From Armatimonadota bacterium (GTDB lineage Bacteria > Armatimonadota > SYMT01): a DNA stretch of 64,000 nt. How positions within the stretch are numbered: the stretch's first letter is position 1; every line of letters starts with the position of its first letter. The stretch is from positions 255,305 to 319,304 of the forward strand of contig JBKBRF010000001.1 of NCBI GenBank assembly GCA_046292385.1. Reading direction: 5' to 3'. This document shows, in pieces, positions 1-9,797 of the stretch. Made by a program: the position numbers and the translations under genes. The notes beneath the pieces were generated by a model that searched no databases, had not been told where the DNA came from, and saw only the letters and a program-made list of their open reading frames with translations.

Positions 1-3000
1 CCGCTGCTCTGGGAGAAGACCTCGCCTGAATTCAAGTCGGAGTTGACCTACGAGTACCAGGTCACCCAGCCGGGTCTTCAGTGGCGGTGGCCCGGTCCGG
101 ATACCGATAACGACGGACAGTACGATCCGGATCCCAAGAAGGTCCACTTCTGGGAGGTCGAGCCGGCGCAGAACGGCAATCCGTATCCCACGACGGCGGG
201 CCCCGGCAACTGGGCCTGGGCGGACAGTCCGGCGACCACCGATGTGGTGGAAAACGAGTACGCGCCGCTGGTGTCGTACAACAACCCGATCGCCCTCTAC
301 TACGATCCGGACCTCAACCCGGCCAGCAACGTGTTCGGAATGTGGGACGGCGGCACCGGGCGCAACGCCGTGGGCACCGAGGTGACCTACACCGATCGGC
401 TGGCTCGAGGGCGGCGCAACGGCGACCTGTACGAGACCCCGTACGTGGACGGCTCCCGCTCCGGCTCCGGCCGGCCGGTGGTGCCGACGGTCGGCGTGGC
501 GGTGGCGGGCGGCGAGGCGCGGCAGGTGCTCTTCGGCGAGCACGGCAAGAGCACCCCGCTCGACTCCACCGTCTATCCCGGCGCCTCCAAGCTGGGGGTA
601 GCGGACCGCAGCCACCTGGCGCTGGCCGGCCGCTCGCTGCAGATTCGGGTGCAGCCGGCGCCGCTGACCAAGCTGGGCGCGGGCGCCCACTTCGGCACCC
701 TGAACAACGCGGCGCTGCGGGATACCAACCCCAACCGGCCCAAGGGCTCCTTCGACCAGAACCTGAACTACTGGGACGACGGCGCGCACGGGATGTACTC
801 CAGCCTGCCGGAGTCTCAGCTGGTGGTGAGCAAGGTCGGCACCGCGCTGAACCTGACCAGCGCACCGGTGCAGGTCTCCGGGCGCAACCCGGACGGCTCG
901 CTGCCCAACTTCAACCAGTTCGAGCAGCTCGCGGTGCAGGTCGATATCCCGCGGTTCGCCGCGGACGACGTGTACGGAACCCGGTGGCGCTTTACCGGCC
1001 AGAATGGGGTTAACCCGACCGATCCGCGCGCCAACTTCAACCCGTACTACCCCAGCACCGTGGCGGGACCGAACGGGCAGGCCGGCCGCTCCTACTGGGA
1101 CCGCGCGGAGCAGTTCAGCAAGGGCCCGGTGCCAACGAACAACACCAGTGGGCCGCTCCCGGCCGCGAACGAGGACCGGTCCTCCACTTACGTGCCGAGC
1201 GCTGCCTACGACCCGGCCGGGGCGCAGACGCCCCAGCAGATCGTCAGCCAGACCGACTACTACGACGACCGCATGAAGCGCGTCGTGTTGTTCAACGACG
1301 CCAACAACAACGGCCAGCTCGACCTGAGCCCGAACTTCCGGGAAGCGTACCGCACCTTCGCGGTCCAGGTGGTGGTCAAGCCGGAGCTGCGGGTGGAAGC
1401 CCAGCAGCAGGGGGTGGACCTGGGCGCCGTGTGGCACGGCAAGAAGGGCCCCGGCATGACGCCCGACACTCTACCCAACCTGTGGGAGTGGCAGCGGATG
1501 GAGTCGTGGCGGCTCGCCGGCAATCCCTCCGAGCAGGCCCTGGGCACCTTCTACAAGCAGTACTGGCGGCCGTTCAACCTGGTGAACACCGGCAACGTGA
1601 ACATGCCGTTCATCAAGCCGGAGCTGGTTTTCCAGCTCCCGAACCAGCCGGCGAAGTACATCGCCCTGGCGGGCGAGGGCAACGACCCGTGGCGGGCGCT
1701 GCCGTTGGTGAACCCGCTGGCCACCAACGACCTCCGCGATCCGTTCCAGATCTTCCTGCGGACCTCGCTGGACGACATGATGACCGACGGCGATCCGTAC
1801 GGGTTCAATCCTCGTTCCGGCGCCTGGTTGCAGAAGGCTCCCGTCGGTGCCGCGAACCCCGGATCGGTGGTTTACGTCCACGACGCGTTCCCGAACCAGC
1901 CGAACCTCAATCCGGAGGCTCGTGACCCGAGTAACGGCGGTCGCCCGCGGGATACCTGGCTGGCGCTGAACCTTCCGCTCGGCACCCCGCTGGGAACCTA
2001 CTCCGGCTCGGTCCGGTTCTACAACGACCGCGTCGTTTCGTTCCAGGAGTCGCCCAACCAGGGCGTCGGCTTCCAGTATCTTGGCGCCGACACGCGCAAC
2101 GGTATCCTGAACCGCGATACCACCGGCTCCACCCTGGAAGCGGCCACCGATCCGCCGGTGCGGCTCAAGGTGAAGGTGATCGAGAACGTGGCGCAGGGCC
2201 GGCAGCGGCCCGCCGCCACCGCGCAGGACCAGGACCGCCGCGTCGCCCCGACCGGGGTGATCGACTTCGACCAGAACGGCGCGCTGCGCGGGCTGCTGGT
2301 CGGCTACGCGACCAACTTCCTGGGTCTCTACACCCCGGCCGGCGCGCCGCTGCCGCAGCGGGAGCCGAACCGGTTCGACCTCTTCGCCACCCGCGTCCTG
2401 TTCGACAGCCAGCGGCGACTCTTCGAGTTCGACGAGCTGCCGATCGACACGGTGCCGTGGCGGAATCCGTTCAATAACGCGGTCGGCTTCGGGGTGGTCT
2501 CGGGCACGCCGCCCGCCAGCAGCCTGCCGCAGGCGAGCAAGCCGACGATGCTCCCGGGCCTATCCGGCGGCGGGCTGGTGGCGTGGGTGCAGCGGATTTC
2601 CCGCGGCTCCGGCAACGACGAGTACCGGATCTACTACACCCACACGCTGCAGCAGACCACGCCGCTGGAGCTGACCCCCCGCGGAACCCCGCTCGATCCG
2701 CGCGTGCCGCGGCAGGGCGTCCAGCTCACCCAGAGCTACGACGCGAACGGGAATCCATACTGGATGGCATTCTACGCCGTGGGACCCGGCACGCGGCAGA
2801 ACCTGGTGATGAGCTTCTCGCTCGACCCGTCGCAGGCCGATTCCTGGTCCGCGGAGGCTCCGGTAGCGACCTCAAAGTCGCTCTCCACCGTCCGCGACCC
2901 GTTCGCGTCGATTACGGACCAGGCGGTGCGCCGCCCGGCGCCGCTCCCGCAGACCGATCCGAACATGCCGCCGTTCCTGGCGACCGAGCTGGGGCTGCTG

Positions 3001-4524
3001 CCGCAGATGGCGTGGATCTCCTACGCCGGCACCAGCCAGAGCCGGGGCCTGACCGACGTCTACATGACCCGCTACCGCACCGCGGCGTTAGCGCAGGAAG
3101 GCCAGCGGAACGCCGCCAACCAGCAGAGCGGCGCGTATGACTACGCGCGGGTCGGTTACCCGCGGGTGGCCGCGGACGTGTCGGTCGGCGGGCAGGTCTA
3201 CTCGGTCGGCGGGGAGGTGCTGCAGGCCAACACCACCCGCACCACCTACAGCTCGTCCTGGGTCGACTGGCTGAGCCACGCTCACACGCCGGTGCAGGTC
3301 TACCTGGGCCGCGGCGATCTACCCGCGGGGAGCCTGGGGAGCCGCCTGCAGCCGCTGCCGCTGATCGACGTCAACGCGCAGGGGCAGGCCGGCACCGGTG
3401 GGGAGGTGGAGTTCCGGTTCTCCAACCAGCTCCAGGCCGCCGTGCCGCGTCTCCAGAACGAGCGGATCCTGATCGACCGCGCCGCCGGAATCGTCCGGTT
3501 CAGCCGGGACACGCGCACCCTGTCGCTGCTCCTCGGCCAGGCCGGCGTGACCCCGCCGTTCCAGACCAACTCTCCGGATCCGGTGGTCAGCGCGGACTTC
3601 ACCCCCGCTACCCTGCGGATCACCCGCGGCGACGTCTCCGCCAGCGACCCGGTGATCGTGCCGGTGCTCACGCAGCGCGAGAACGAGCCGATCATGGACG
3701 CGAGCTGGTACCGGCAGACGATCGACACGCAGGTGAACGGGGCCGGCCAGACCAAGGCCCAGGCCGGCATTCCGGTGCCTGGCCGCGCGGACCGCATCTG
3801 GGTCTTCTGGCGGCGCGCCACCGGTGCCGTCTCCGGCGGGACCTCGGCGTTCTACAAGATCCTGCGGCCGGGCGTGCGGGTCAGCAACGGCTCCATCCTC
3901 GGGGTACAGCCGTCCGAGCTGATCGTCTCGGTGAACGGAACGACCCTGTTCCCGGAAGAGGTGAATCCGCAGAATGGCCAGATCTACCTGCCCCACAGCT
4001 TCGAGGGACAGGAGGTCGAGGTGCGGTACCGGCTGGCGAACGGCACGACGGTGATCGAGCGCCACCGCGTGAGCTGGCTCGACGAGAGCGGGGAGCGTCC
4101 GGTTCCGATGGAGACCTCGATCAATGAGGGCAGCCTCCATGCCTTCGCGACCTTCGAGGCCCAGCTCATGAGCCCGCTGGGTCAGCCGCACACCGCGCTG
4201 GCGCCGGTGGCGAAGCTGGACCGCGCGTGGGTCTTCTGGAGCAGCACCCGATTCGGCGGCGACATCGTCTACGCCACGCTGGCGCCGCGAATCGGAATGG
4301 AGACCAACATCGCCGGAAGCGCCGTGCTCAACTCGATCACGCCGTCGGCACTGTCCCGCCTCTCGGCTAACGCGGCGCGGCAGCAGGAGCTCGCGGTGGC
4401 CGAGCACGAGCGGCGCCAGCCGTTCACCGTCCCGGTCCCGCACACGCCCGGCCCGCTTCCGCACCCCAGTACCCCGCTAGGGAAGCGGGCCGCGGCGGCT
4501 GCCTCCCAGGCAGGCAGGCGATAA
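1..4524 (+). CDS. Giant secreted/surface protein, 5'-truncated (>1500 aa); possible PilY1-like pilus-associated adhesin
   Basis: Frame 1 is open from base 1 (PLLWEKTSPEF...) to TAA at 4522-4524. The protein is Asn/Gln/Pro-rich and beta-rich, with DxDxDG-type Ca-binding motifs (DTDNDGQYD, DANNNGQLD). It lies directly upstream of pilM. Function is inferred. Confidence 0.75.
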   Translation, partial: PLLWEKTSPEFKSELTYEYQVTQPGLQWRWPGPDTDNDGQYDPDPKKVHFWEVEPAQNGNPYPTTAGPGNWAWADSPATTDVVENEYAPLVSYNNPIALYYDPDLNPASNVFGMWDGGTGRNAVGTEVTYTDRLARGRRNGDLYETPYVDGSRSGSGRPVVPTVGVAVAGGEARQVLFGEHGKSTPLDSTVYPGASKLGVADRSHLALAGRSLQIRVQPAPLTKLGAGAHFGTLNNAALRDTNPNRPKGSFDQNLNYWDDGAHGMYSSLPESQLVVSKVGTALNLTSAPVQVSGRNPDGSLPNFNQFEQLAVQVDIPRFAADDVYGTRWRFTGQNGVNPTDPRANFNPYYPSTVAGPNGQAGRSYWDRAEQFSKGPVPTNNTSGPLPAANEDRSSTYVPSAAYDPAGAQTPQQIVSQTDYYDDRMKRVVLFNDANNNGQLDLSPNFREAYRTFAVQVVVKPELRVEAQQQGVDLGAVWHGKKGPGMTPDTLPNLWEWQRMESWRLAGNPSEQALGTFYKQYWRPFNLVNTGNVNMPFIKPELVFQLPNQPAKYIALAGEGNDPWRALPLVNPLATNDLRDPFQIFLRTSLDDMMTDGDPYGFNPRSGAWLQKAPVGAANPGSVVYVHDAFPNQPNLNPEARDPSNGGRPRDTWLALNLPLGTPLGTYSGSVRFYNDRVVSFQESPNQGVGFQYLGADTRNGILNRDTTGSTLEAATDPPVRLKVKVIENVAQGRQRPAATAQDQDRRVAPTGVIDFDQNGALRGLLVGYATNFLGLYTPAGAPLPQREPNRFDLFATRVLFDSQRRLFEFDELPIDTVPWRNPFNNAVGFGVVSGTPPASSLPQASKPTMLPGLSGGGLVAWVQRISRGSGNDEYRIYYTHTLQQTTPLELTPRGTPLDPRVPRQGVQLTQSYDANGNPYWMAFYAVGPGTRQNLVMSFSLDPSQADSWSAEAPVATSKSLSTVRDPFASITDQAVRRPAPLPQTDPNMPPFLATELGLLPQMAWISYAGTSQSRGLTDVYMTRYRTAALAQEGQRNAANQQSGAYDYARVGYPRVAADVSVGGQVYSVGGEVLQANTTRTTYSSSWVDWLSHAHTPVQVYLGRGDLPAGSLGSRLQPLPLIDVNAQGQAGTGGEVEFRFSNQLQAAVPRLQNERILIDRAAGIVRFSRDTRTLSLLLGQAGVTPPFQTNSPDPVVSADFTPATLRITRGDVSASDPVIVPVLTQRENEPIMDASWYRQTIDTQVNGAGQTKAQAGIPVPGRADRIWVFWRRATGAVSGGTSAFYKILRPGVRVSNGSILGVQPSELIVSVNGTTLFPEEVNPQNGQIYLPHSFEGQEVEVRYRLANGTTVIERHRVSWLDESGERPVPMETSINEGSLHAFATFEAQLMSPLGQPHTALAPVAKLDRAWVFWSSTRFGGDIVYATLAPRIGMETNIAGSAVLNSITPSALSRLSANAARQQELAVAEHERRQPFTVPVPHTPGPLPHPSTPLGKRAAAAASQAGRR

Positions 4525-4528
4525 TGAG

Positions 4529-4571
4529 CACTTCTATGGGGGCCGGGGAGGAACCGGCTCCCATAGAAGTG
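4529..4571 (+). terminator. Stem-loop after giant ORF (terminator-like)
   Basis: CACTTCTATGGGGGCCGG / CCGGCTCCCATAGAAGTG form an 18-bp stem with one G-U pair, 4 nt after the stop codon. The U-tract is weak. Confidence 0.55.
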
Positions 4572-4579
4572 AACTTTCA

Positions 4580-4609
4580 TTGACACCCGGCTCAGGCGTT
4601 TGCTAGCAT
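4580..4609 (+). promoter_or_regulatory. Sigma70-type promoter for pilM operon
   Basis: TTGACA (4580-4585), 18 nt, then TAGCAT (4604-4609) preceded by an extended -10 TG. Confidence 0.6.
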
Positions 4610-4747
4610 ACGGCAGCGAGAAAGTGGGGTTCCCCAACAATGCCACTCTCGCCCCGCGCCGCCGCTCGCTCGCTGTCCGTTCGCCGGTAAAGTGTGCCCC
4701 GGTAACTGCTGGATCTCTCCAGAGCACGGTAAAGACGGAACAGAACG

Positions 4748-6316
4748 ATGCCCCTTAAGAAGTCCGGCGGCCCCGTGGTGGGCCTGGATATCGGATCCGC
4801 CACCATCAAGGCCTGCGAGCTCGACATTCGCGGCGGAAAGGCCAACCTCCGCGGGATAGCCGTGCTGCCCACCCCCGAGGGCGCCGTCGTCAACGACGAG
4901 ATCATCGATCCGGTCGCCCTCGGAAAGAGCATCGGACAGGTCTTCAAGCAGGCCGGTATCAAAGCACGCAAGGTCGTCACCTGCGTCTCCGGCAACAGCT
5001 CCCTGGTGGTGCGCATCATCGAAGTGCCCAAGATGACGCGCGCGGAGCTGCAGGAGACGATGAAGTGGGAGATCGAGCGGCACGTGCCGTTCGCCGCTGA
5101 GCAGGTGGTGATGGACTACCAGCCGCTCGTCGCGCCGGAAGAGGTGGCGGACGGTCAGAACATGGAAGTGCTGCTCGCGGTAGCGCAGGAAGCCTCCGTG
5201 ATGCGGCACCTCGAGGCGCTGCAGGCCGCCGGTCTGAAGGCGGTGGCGATCGACATCGAGCCGCTCGCGCAGTCCCGCTCCCTGATCGACCTCGCCAACG
5301 GCGCCGGACCGGAGGGGACCGTCGCCCTCGTCGACATCGGCGCCAGCACCACCGACATCGGCATCTATAAGGACGGCCGCATCGCCTTCACCCGCACCAT
5401 CCAGCTCGCCGGCAACAACCTGACCAAGGCGATCAGCGACGTGCTCGGCCAGCCGCTCGCCGAGGCGGAGCGCCTCAAGCGAGAGCTCGGCGGCGTACCG
5501 GACCAGCCCCGTCAGGACGCCGGCACCCTGGACGACGGCCTGGGCGACTTCCCCGGGCTCGACTTCGGCGACGCGCCGGACCTGGGCAACCTGGGCGGTA
5601 CTTTCGGTGCCGCGCCGGGCCAGGCGACCGCTACCGCCACCGACACCCACGCGGAGCCGGAGTACGACGTGGCCGGCGCCGGATTCAGCCCGGAAGCGTT
5701 CACCACTCCCTCCGGCGAGGCGAACCCGGCCGCTTCCCCGTTCGACGCTCCCCCGGCCGACCTGAGCGGCCCGGCTCCTGCCGGCAACCCGTTCGAGGTG
5801 CCCGCGGAGGAGCCCGCGGCCGGAGCGGCGCCCGCAGGCGGCTTCGATGCCTCCCTTTTCGGCCCCGCTCCCGGTGCGGACCCGTTCGCGCCCGTGGATG
5901 ATTTCCCCGCCTTCGGCGCTCCCGGCGGCGCCCCCGCCGCCTCTGCCGCCCCCGAGGCGATGAGTGAAGAAGAGTACCTCCGCACCCAGATTGCGGACGC
6001 GATCATGCCGGTTCTCCACGAGCTGGTCACCGAATTGCGGCGTTCTCTCGATTTTTATCGGAACCGTGCGAACGGTTTGGGCGCCCAACAAGTAGTAATC
6101 ACCGGTGGTACCGCCAAACTCCCCGGGCTGGCGGATTTCCTGAGGGCCAACCTCGAAGTTCCTGTTGCGGTTGGCGATCCGCTGAAGTACCTGGCTACCG
6201 GACCCAAGACGGACCCGAATTACTTGAGTGACATTGGTCCCGTCTTTCCTGTATCCGTGGGCCTGGCTGTGCGCGAGCTGCTCGTCGACACGGCGCCGGC
6301 CCGGAAGAAACGGTAG
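4748..6316 (+). CDS. pilM: Type IV pilus assembly protein PilM (actin-like fold) with long acidic insertion
   Basis: Motifs VGLDIGSATIK, WEIERHVPF, ALVDIGASTT, ELRRSLDFY, ITGGTAKLPGL and VSVGLAVR. Confidence 0.93.
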   Translation: MPLKKSGGPVVGLDIGSATIKACELDIRGGKANLRGIAVLPTPEGAVVNDEIIDPVALGKSIGQVFKQAGIKARKVVTCVSGNSSLVVRIIEVPKMTRAELQETMKWEIERHVPFAAEQVVMDYQPLVAPEEVADGQNMEVLLAVAQEASVMRHLEALQAAGLKAVAIDIEPLAQSRSLIDLANGAGPEGTVALVDIGASTTDIGIYKDGRIAFTRTIQLAGNNLTKAISDVLGQPLAEAERLKRELGGVPDQPRQDAGTLDDGLGDFPGLDFGDAPDLGNLGGTFGAAPGQATATATDTHAEPEYDVAGAGFSPEAFTTPSGEANPAASPFDAPPADLSGPAPAGNPFEVPAEEPAAGAAPAGGFDASLFGPAPGADPFAPVDDFPAFGAPGGAPAASAAPEAMSEEEYLRTQIADAIMPVLHELVTELRRSLDFYRNRANGLGAQQVVITGGTAKLPGLADFLRANLEVPVAVGDPLKYLATGPKTDPNYLSDIGPVFPVSVGLAVRELLVDTAPARKKR

Positions 6317-6324
6317 GTATTCTG

Positions 6325-7449
6325 ATGCTAAAGATCAATCTGCTCCCGCCGTCCCTGAACCTGCGCAAGCAGCGGAACGTGGCCATTGGTGTCGTCGCGG
6401 TACTCGTGGTGGCCGAGGTCGGCTTCTTTATCTGGTCCCGCAACGGTCCACTCGACCAGAAGGCAGAGTGGGAGCGGCAGAAGGACGAGCGCAATGCCGG
6501 GCTCGCGCAGCTCGACCCGCTCGTGGCCCGGTCCGGACAGGTCGCCCAGGATGAGCAGGCGCTCGCGCCGAAGCGGAATTTCATCGAAGGCCTCTTCCGC
6601 TACAACGCGGAGTACCCGGGCCTCTACTCCCGCGTCGGCCGCTACACGCACAACGACGTGATGCTCCTGGCGATGAACGCGGACCAGGCGACCATGAACA
6701 TGAGCGCCTACGTGAGCCGGCCGGAGCACGTGGCGCGCCTGATGCTCGGCCTCAGCCGCAACCCGGATTTCACCGGTACCCCGGTAGTGGACGGCGTGCC
6801 GGACTACCAGACGGTCCTGGACCGCCGGCGCGCGGTGACGCAGCGGAACGACGAAGAGGATCTGCCCGAGACCACCATTATGGGCTACCCCGGTGGCGGA
6901 GGGCTCCCCGGCGTTGCCAGCGGCGGCTTCGGCCCCGGGATGGGCGGCGGCGGCGGTAATGGGTCTGGCGCCGGGCCCGGCATGATGATGCCGATGCCGA
7001 GTGCGGCGGGCGGCTCCATGGGTGCCGGCGGCGGCAACGGCGGCGGCGGCGGTATGACCATGCCGACGCCCGCGATGGCGGGTGGTGCCGCCGGTCCGGG
7101 CAGCAGCATGGGCGCGGCGATGGGCGGAAACAACAACAACCGCGGCGAGGGCCTCGCGGCGCTGCGGCTGGCCCGGGTTCGCCGGCAGCCGGTCGGCTTC
7201 ACCGTCTCCATCAAGTGCCAGCTCGCCAAGCCGGTTGGCCGTCCCACCTTCGGAAGCTCCGGGCAGGCCCAGGGCGGCGGCGGCGGAATGGGCGGACCCG
7301 GCGGCGGCATGTCGATGGGCGGCGGCAACGGCGGCGGCGGCATGTCGATGGGCATGGGCGGCGGCAACGGCGGCGGTGGCGGCATGCCGATGGGCGGCGG
7401 CGGCAACGGTGGCGGGATGTCCATGGGCGGCGGCAACGGCGGCTATTAA
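6325..7449 (+). CDS. pilN: PilN-like type IV pilus assembly protein with Gly/Met-rich segments
   Basis: N-terminal INLLP PilM-binding motif, one TM helix and a coiled coil; starts 8 nt after pilM. Confidence 0.82.
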   Translation: MLKINLLPPSLNLRKQRNVAIGVVAVLVVAEVGFFIWSRNGPLDQKAEWERQKDERNAGLAQLDPLVARSGQVAQDEQALAPKRNFIEGLFRYNAEYPGLYSRVGRYTHNDVMLLAMNADQATMNMSAYVSRPEHVARLMLGLSRNPDFTGTPVVDGVPDYQTVLDRRRAVTQRNDEEDLPETTIMGYPGGGGLPGVASGGFGPGMGGGGGNGSGAGPGMMMPMPSAAGGSMGAGGGNGGGGGMTMPTPAMAGGAAGPGSSMGAAMGGNNNNRGEGLAALRLARVRRQPVGFTVSIKCQLAKPVGRPTFGSSGQAQGGGGGMGGPGGGMSMGGGNGGGGMSMGMGGGNGGGGGMPMGGGGNGGGMSMGGGNGGY

Positions 7450-7566
7450 TCGACGCCGGAGCGCTTTCAGTAATTCACCACCTGCCGTTTCCACGGCAGG
7501 TGGATCAACGCCGTCCGGGGCGGCAATTCCCGCGGCCCGATTTTAGAAGTCTAAAGGTGAGTCTCG

Positions 7567-8493
7567 ATGCAAGCGCAAGCAGGCAATAGCTCAGCCGAAC
7601 CCCAGAGCTGGATGCAGAACCCGAAGATCGCAATTCCGATCATCGTGGTAGCGGCCCTGGCGATCATCGGCATTATCGTGATGTTTTTCGGCGGCTTCGG
7701 TGGAGGGGACCAGAGCGCCGGACCGGTCGATACCCCCGTCATGTTGGACCCCAACGGCGGCGGAATGACCCTGACCGATGCGGCGAGCGCCGGGGCCGGC
7801 CCCGGTATCCCCGGCGGCGGCCCCGGTATGCCCGGCGCCCCGGCCGTCGGCGGCCTGACCCCCACCATGCCGGGAGCTGCCGGCAACCCGGCCGCCCCAG
7901 CTCCCGCCGGAGCGGCCGCCGGCAAGGCGGACACCAAGCCGGGGCTTCCCCGGGGCGATTTCGGTCGCGGCAACCCGTTCGCCGAGACACGCGAGATTAC
8001 CAGCGTGCTCGACAGCGAGGTCGCCGAGCGCCAGCCGGAATACCTCGCCCCGCCGCAGAACATCTACGCGGAGCTGTACGAGCCGAAGCCCGACGAAGGG
8101 GTAACCGTGGGTGAGGACGACCAGGGTGGTCCCGCCGTGCCGACGATGCGCGTGGCCGGAATGGTAGAGGGCAGCCAGATCGCCGCCGTGCTTCAGATCG
8201 GCAGCCAGTATATGACGGTGACCCCGGGCAAGATGGTGCCGGAGGGGAATCCGGTCTATCGCGTGGACCGCGTGGAGAAAGACAAGATCTTCCTGAGCCG
8301 CCGCTGGGAGACGGGCGGTCGCAAGGGAGTCCAGCGGATCGAAGTCGGGCTGCGCGGCTCCCCGGAGATGGGTAATCCCTACCTCGCGGCCGGCGGCGGC
8401 CCCATGGGCGCGGGTCCCGGCGGGATGCCTGGGCCGGGTGCTCTGCCGGGTCCGGGTGCCCCTGCGGCGGCCGGTGGTCCCGGCGGCTACTAA
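7567..8493 (+). CDS. Membrane-anchored pilus accessory protein (PilP/GspC-HR-like, inferred)
   Basis: N-terminal TM, Pro/Gly linker, GRGNPF motif and a C-terminal beta domain (MRVAGMVEGSQIAAVLQIG...VTPG...YRVDRVEKDKIFL) resembling PilP/HR domains; lies within the pil cluster. Confidence 0.6.
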   Translation: MQAQAGNSSAEPQSWMQNPKIAIPIIVVAALAIIGIIVMFFGGFGGGDQSAGPVDTPVMLDPNGGGMTLTDAASAGAGPGIPGGGPGMPGAPAVGGLTPTMPGAAGNPAAPAPAGAAAGKADTKPGLPRGDFGRGNPFAETREITSVLDSEVAERQPEYLAPPQNIYAELYEPKPDEGVTVGEDDQGGPAVPTMRVAGMVEGSQIAAVLQIGSQYMTVTPGKMVPEGNPVYRVDRVEKDKIFLSRRWETGGRKGVQRIEVGLRGSPEMGNPYLAAGGGPMGAGPGGMPGPGALPGPGAPAAAGGPGGY

Positions 8494-8655
8494 AGACGAT
8501 GAATGGTGTGGGCCGCCGAGTCCGGAGCGACTTCCCGGCGGCCCCCGCGCCCTGAACACGTGGTCCCGCAGGTTTATCTCCCCAGCGGTGCTATTGGCCG
8601 ACGGTTCGGCAAATGGCCTCCGATACGACCCATACCGGGTTGGGAGCAGATTTAG

Positions 8656-9543
8656 ATGAAGAATAATCGACTTACGCCGCTTCACGTATACCTGATCGGC
8701 GGATTCATGATGCTGCTGGTTGGGCTGGGCATGTGGTTTTTCATGATCCGCCCCATCAATCTCGACAACGAGCGCCTTGAGGGCGAGGTGCGAGGTCTCG
8801 AAAGCACCCAGAAGCAGGTCGACGGCCAGAGCTTCGGTTGGAACCAGGTGCAGCAGGCGGAGGAGACTCTCGCCGCCGCCGAAGCGCGGCGCGACGCCGC
8901 CAAGGCCCGCCTGACGGCGGTCGAGAACAGCAAGCATCCCGCGGCGGCGCGCATCGACCTTCGGGACGGCAGCGACGAAGCGATCATCTCCAGCGGCACC
9001 CTTTCGCGCTGGCTCACCTTGCCCGGCGTGGTGATCCCGACGATGGAGCGCTTCAAGCGCCAGCATGCGGCGCGGCACAACGTCCGCGTGGTGGGTGGCT
9101 TCCAGGCACCCACCCTCAAGCCGGATGCCCGCTCGATTCCGCGCGACATCATCGCCTGGCAGCTCGGCCAGCTTCAGGTGACCGGCAAGTTTAACGACGT
9201 GATGGCGTGGGCGCGCGGTTGGAACCGCGCTCCGTTCCTGGTAGCCGTGGATGGCCTGAACCTCTCGCTGGCAGACCGCCGCGGGGTGGTGACCACCGGG
9301 TGCACGATCACCGTCTACATGTTCCCTCGGGGTCAGGCCGCGCAGTCGACCGGCGGTGGCGGCCAGGTGCAAACCGGCGGCGGTGGAATGGGCGGCGGCA
9401 TGTCGATGGGCATGGGCGGCGGCAACGGTGGCGGCGGCGGCATGTCGATGGGCATGGGCGGCGGCAACGGCGGCGGCGGCATGCCGATGGGCGGCGGCGG
9501 CAACGGTGGCGGCATGTCGATGGGCGGCGGCAACGGCGGCTAG
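8656..9543 (+). CDS. pilO: PilO-like type IV pilus assembly protein with Gly/Met tail
   Basis: N-terminal TM, coiled coil and a ferredoxin-like PilO core (LQVTGKFNDVMAWARGW...FLVAVDGLNL...ITVYMF). Confidence 0.72.
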   Translation: MKNNRLTPLHVYLIGGFMMLLVGLGMWFFMIRPINLDNERLEGEVRGLESTQKQVDGQSFGWNQVQQAEETLAAAEARRDAAKARLTAVENSKHPAAARIDLRDGSDEAIISSGTLSRWLTLPGVVIPTMERFKRQHAARHNVRVVGGFQAPTLKPDARSIPRDIIAWQLGQLQVTGKFNDVMAWARGWNRAPFLVAVDGLNLSLADRRGVVTTGCTITVYMFPRGQAAQSTGGGGQVQTGGGGMGGGMSMGMGGGNGGGGGMSMGMGGGNGGGGMPMGGGGNGGGMSMGGGNGG

Positions 9544-9658
9544 CAGCTCGCCGCAGCGTATTCGCTCTCTGGCCAGCCAGCCAGGGAGCCCGGCGTCCCC
9601 GAGGCGGCGGCTTGCCGCCTCGGCCACCGGGATCCCGCTTCAGATCCACGCAACGAAT

Positions 9659-9686
9659 TGAACCGGGGGCGCGTCCAATTGTCGAA
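9659..9686 (+). promoter_or_regulatory. Possible ECF-sigma promoter upstream of the STN gene
   Basis: TGAACC, 16 nt, GTCGAA; matches the general ECF AAC/GTC pattern. Pattern match only. Confidence 0.3.
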
Positions 9687-9797
9687 GTGACGCGGAACGG
9701 CCCCAGGCTCAGCAGGTAAGTAAACAAGATCCGGCCTACCGGCGGAGCTCGTGCGGTCTTTCCGCAGACGCGGCGCTTCGAAACTTCAGGAGGACCA

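Noticed and set aside
4592..6091. Long antisense or alternate-frame ORFs (e.g. 4592..6091-, 7591..9627-, 14462..17236-, 38936..42262+, 43523..45559+, 56209..58344+, 58322..60355+)
   Set aside because: They overlap well-supported genes, have Arg/Ala/Gly/Pro-biased translations without family motifs, and are expected shadows in high-GC DNA.
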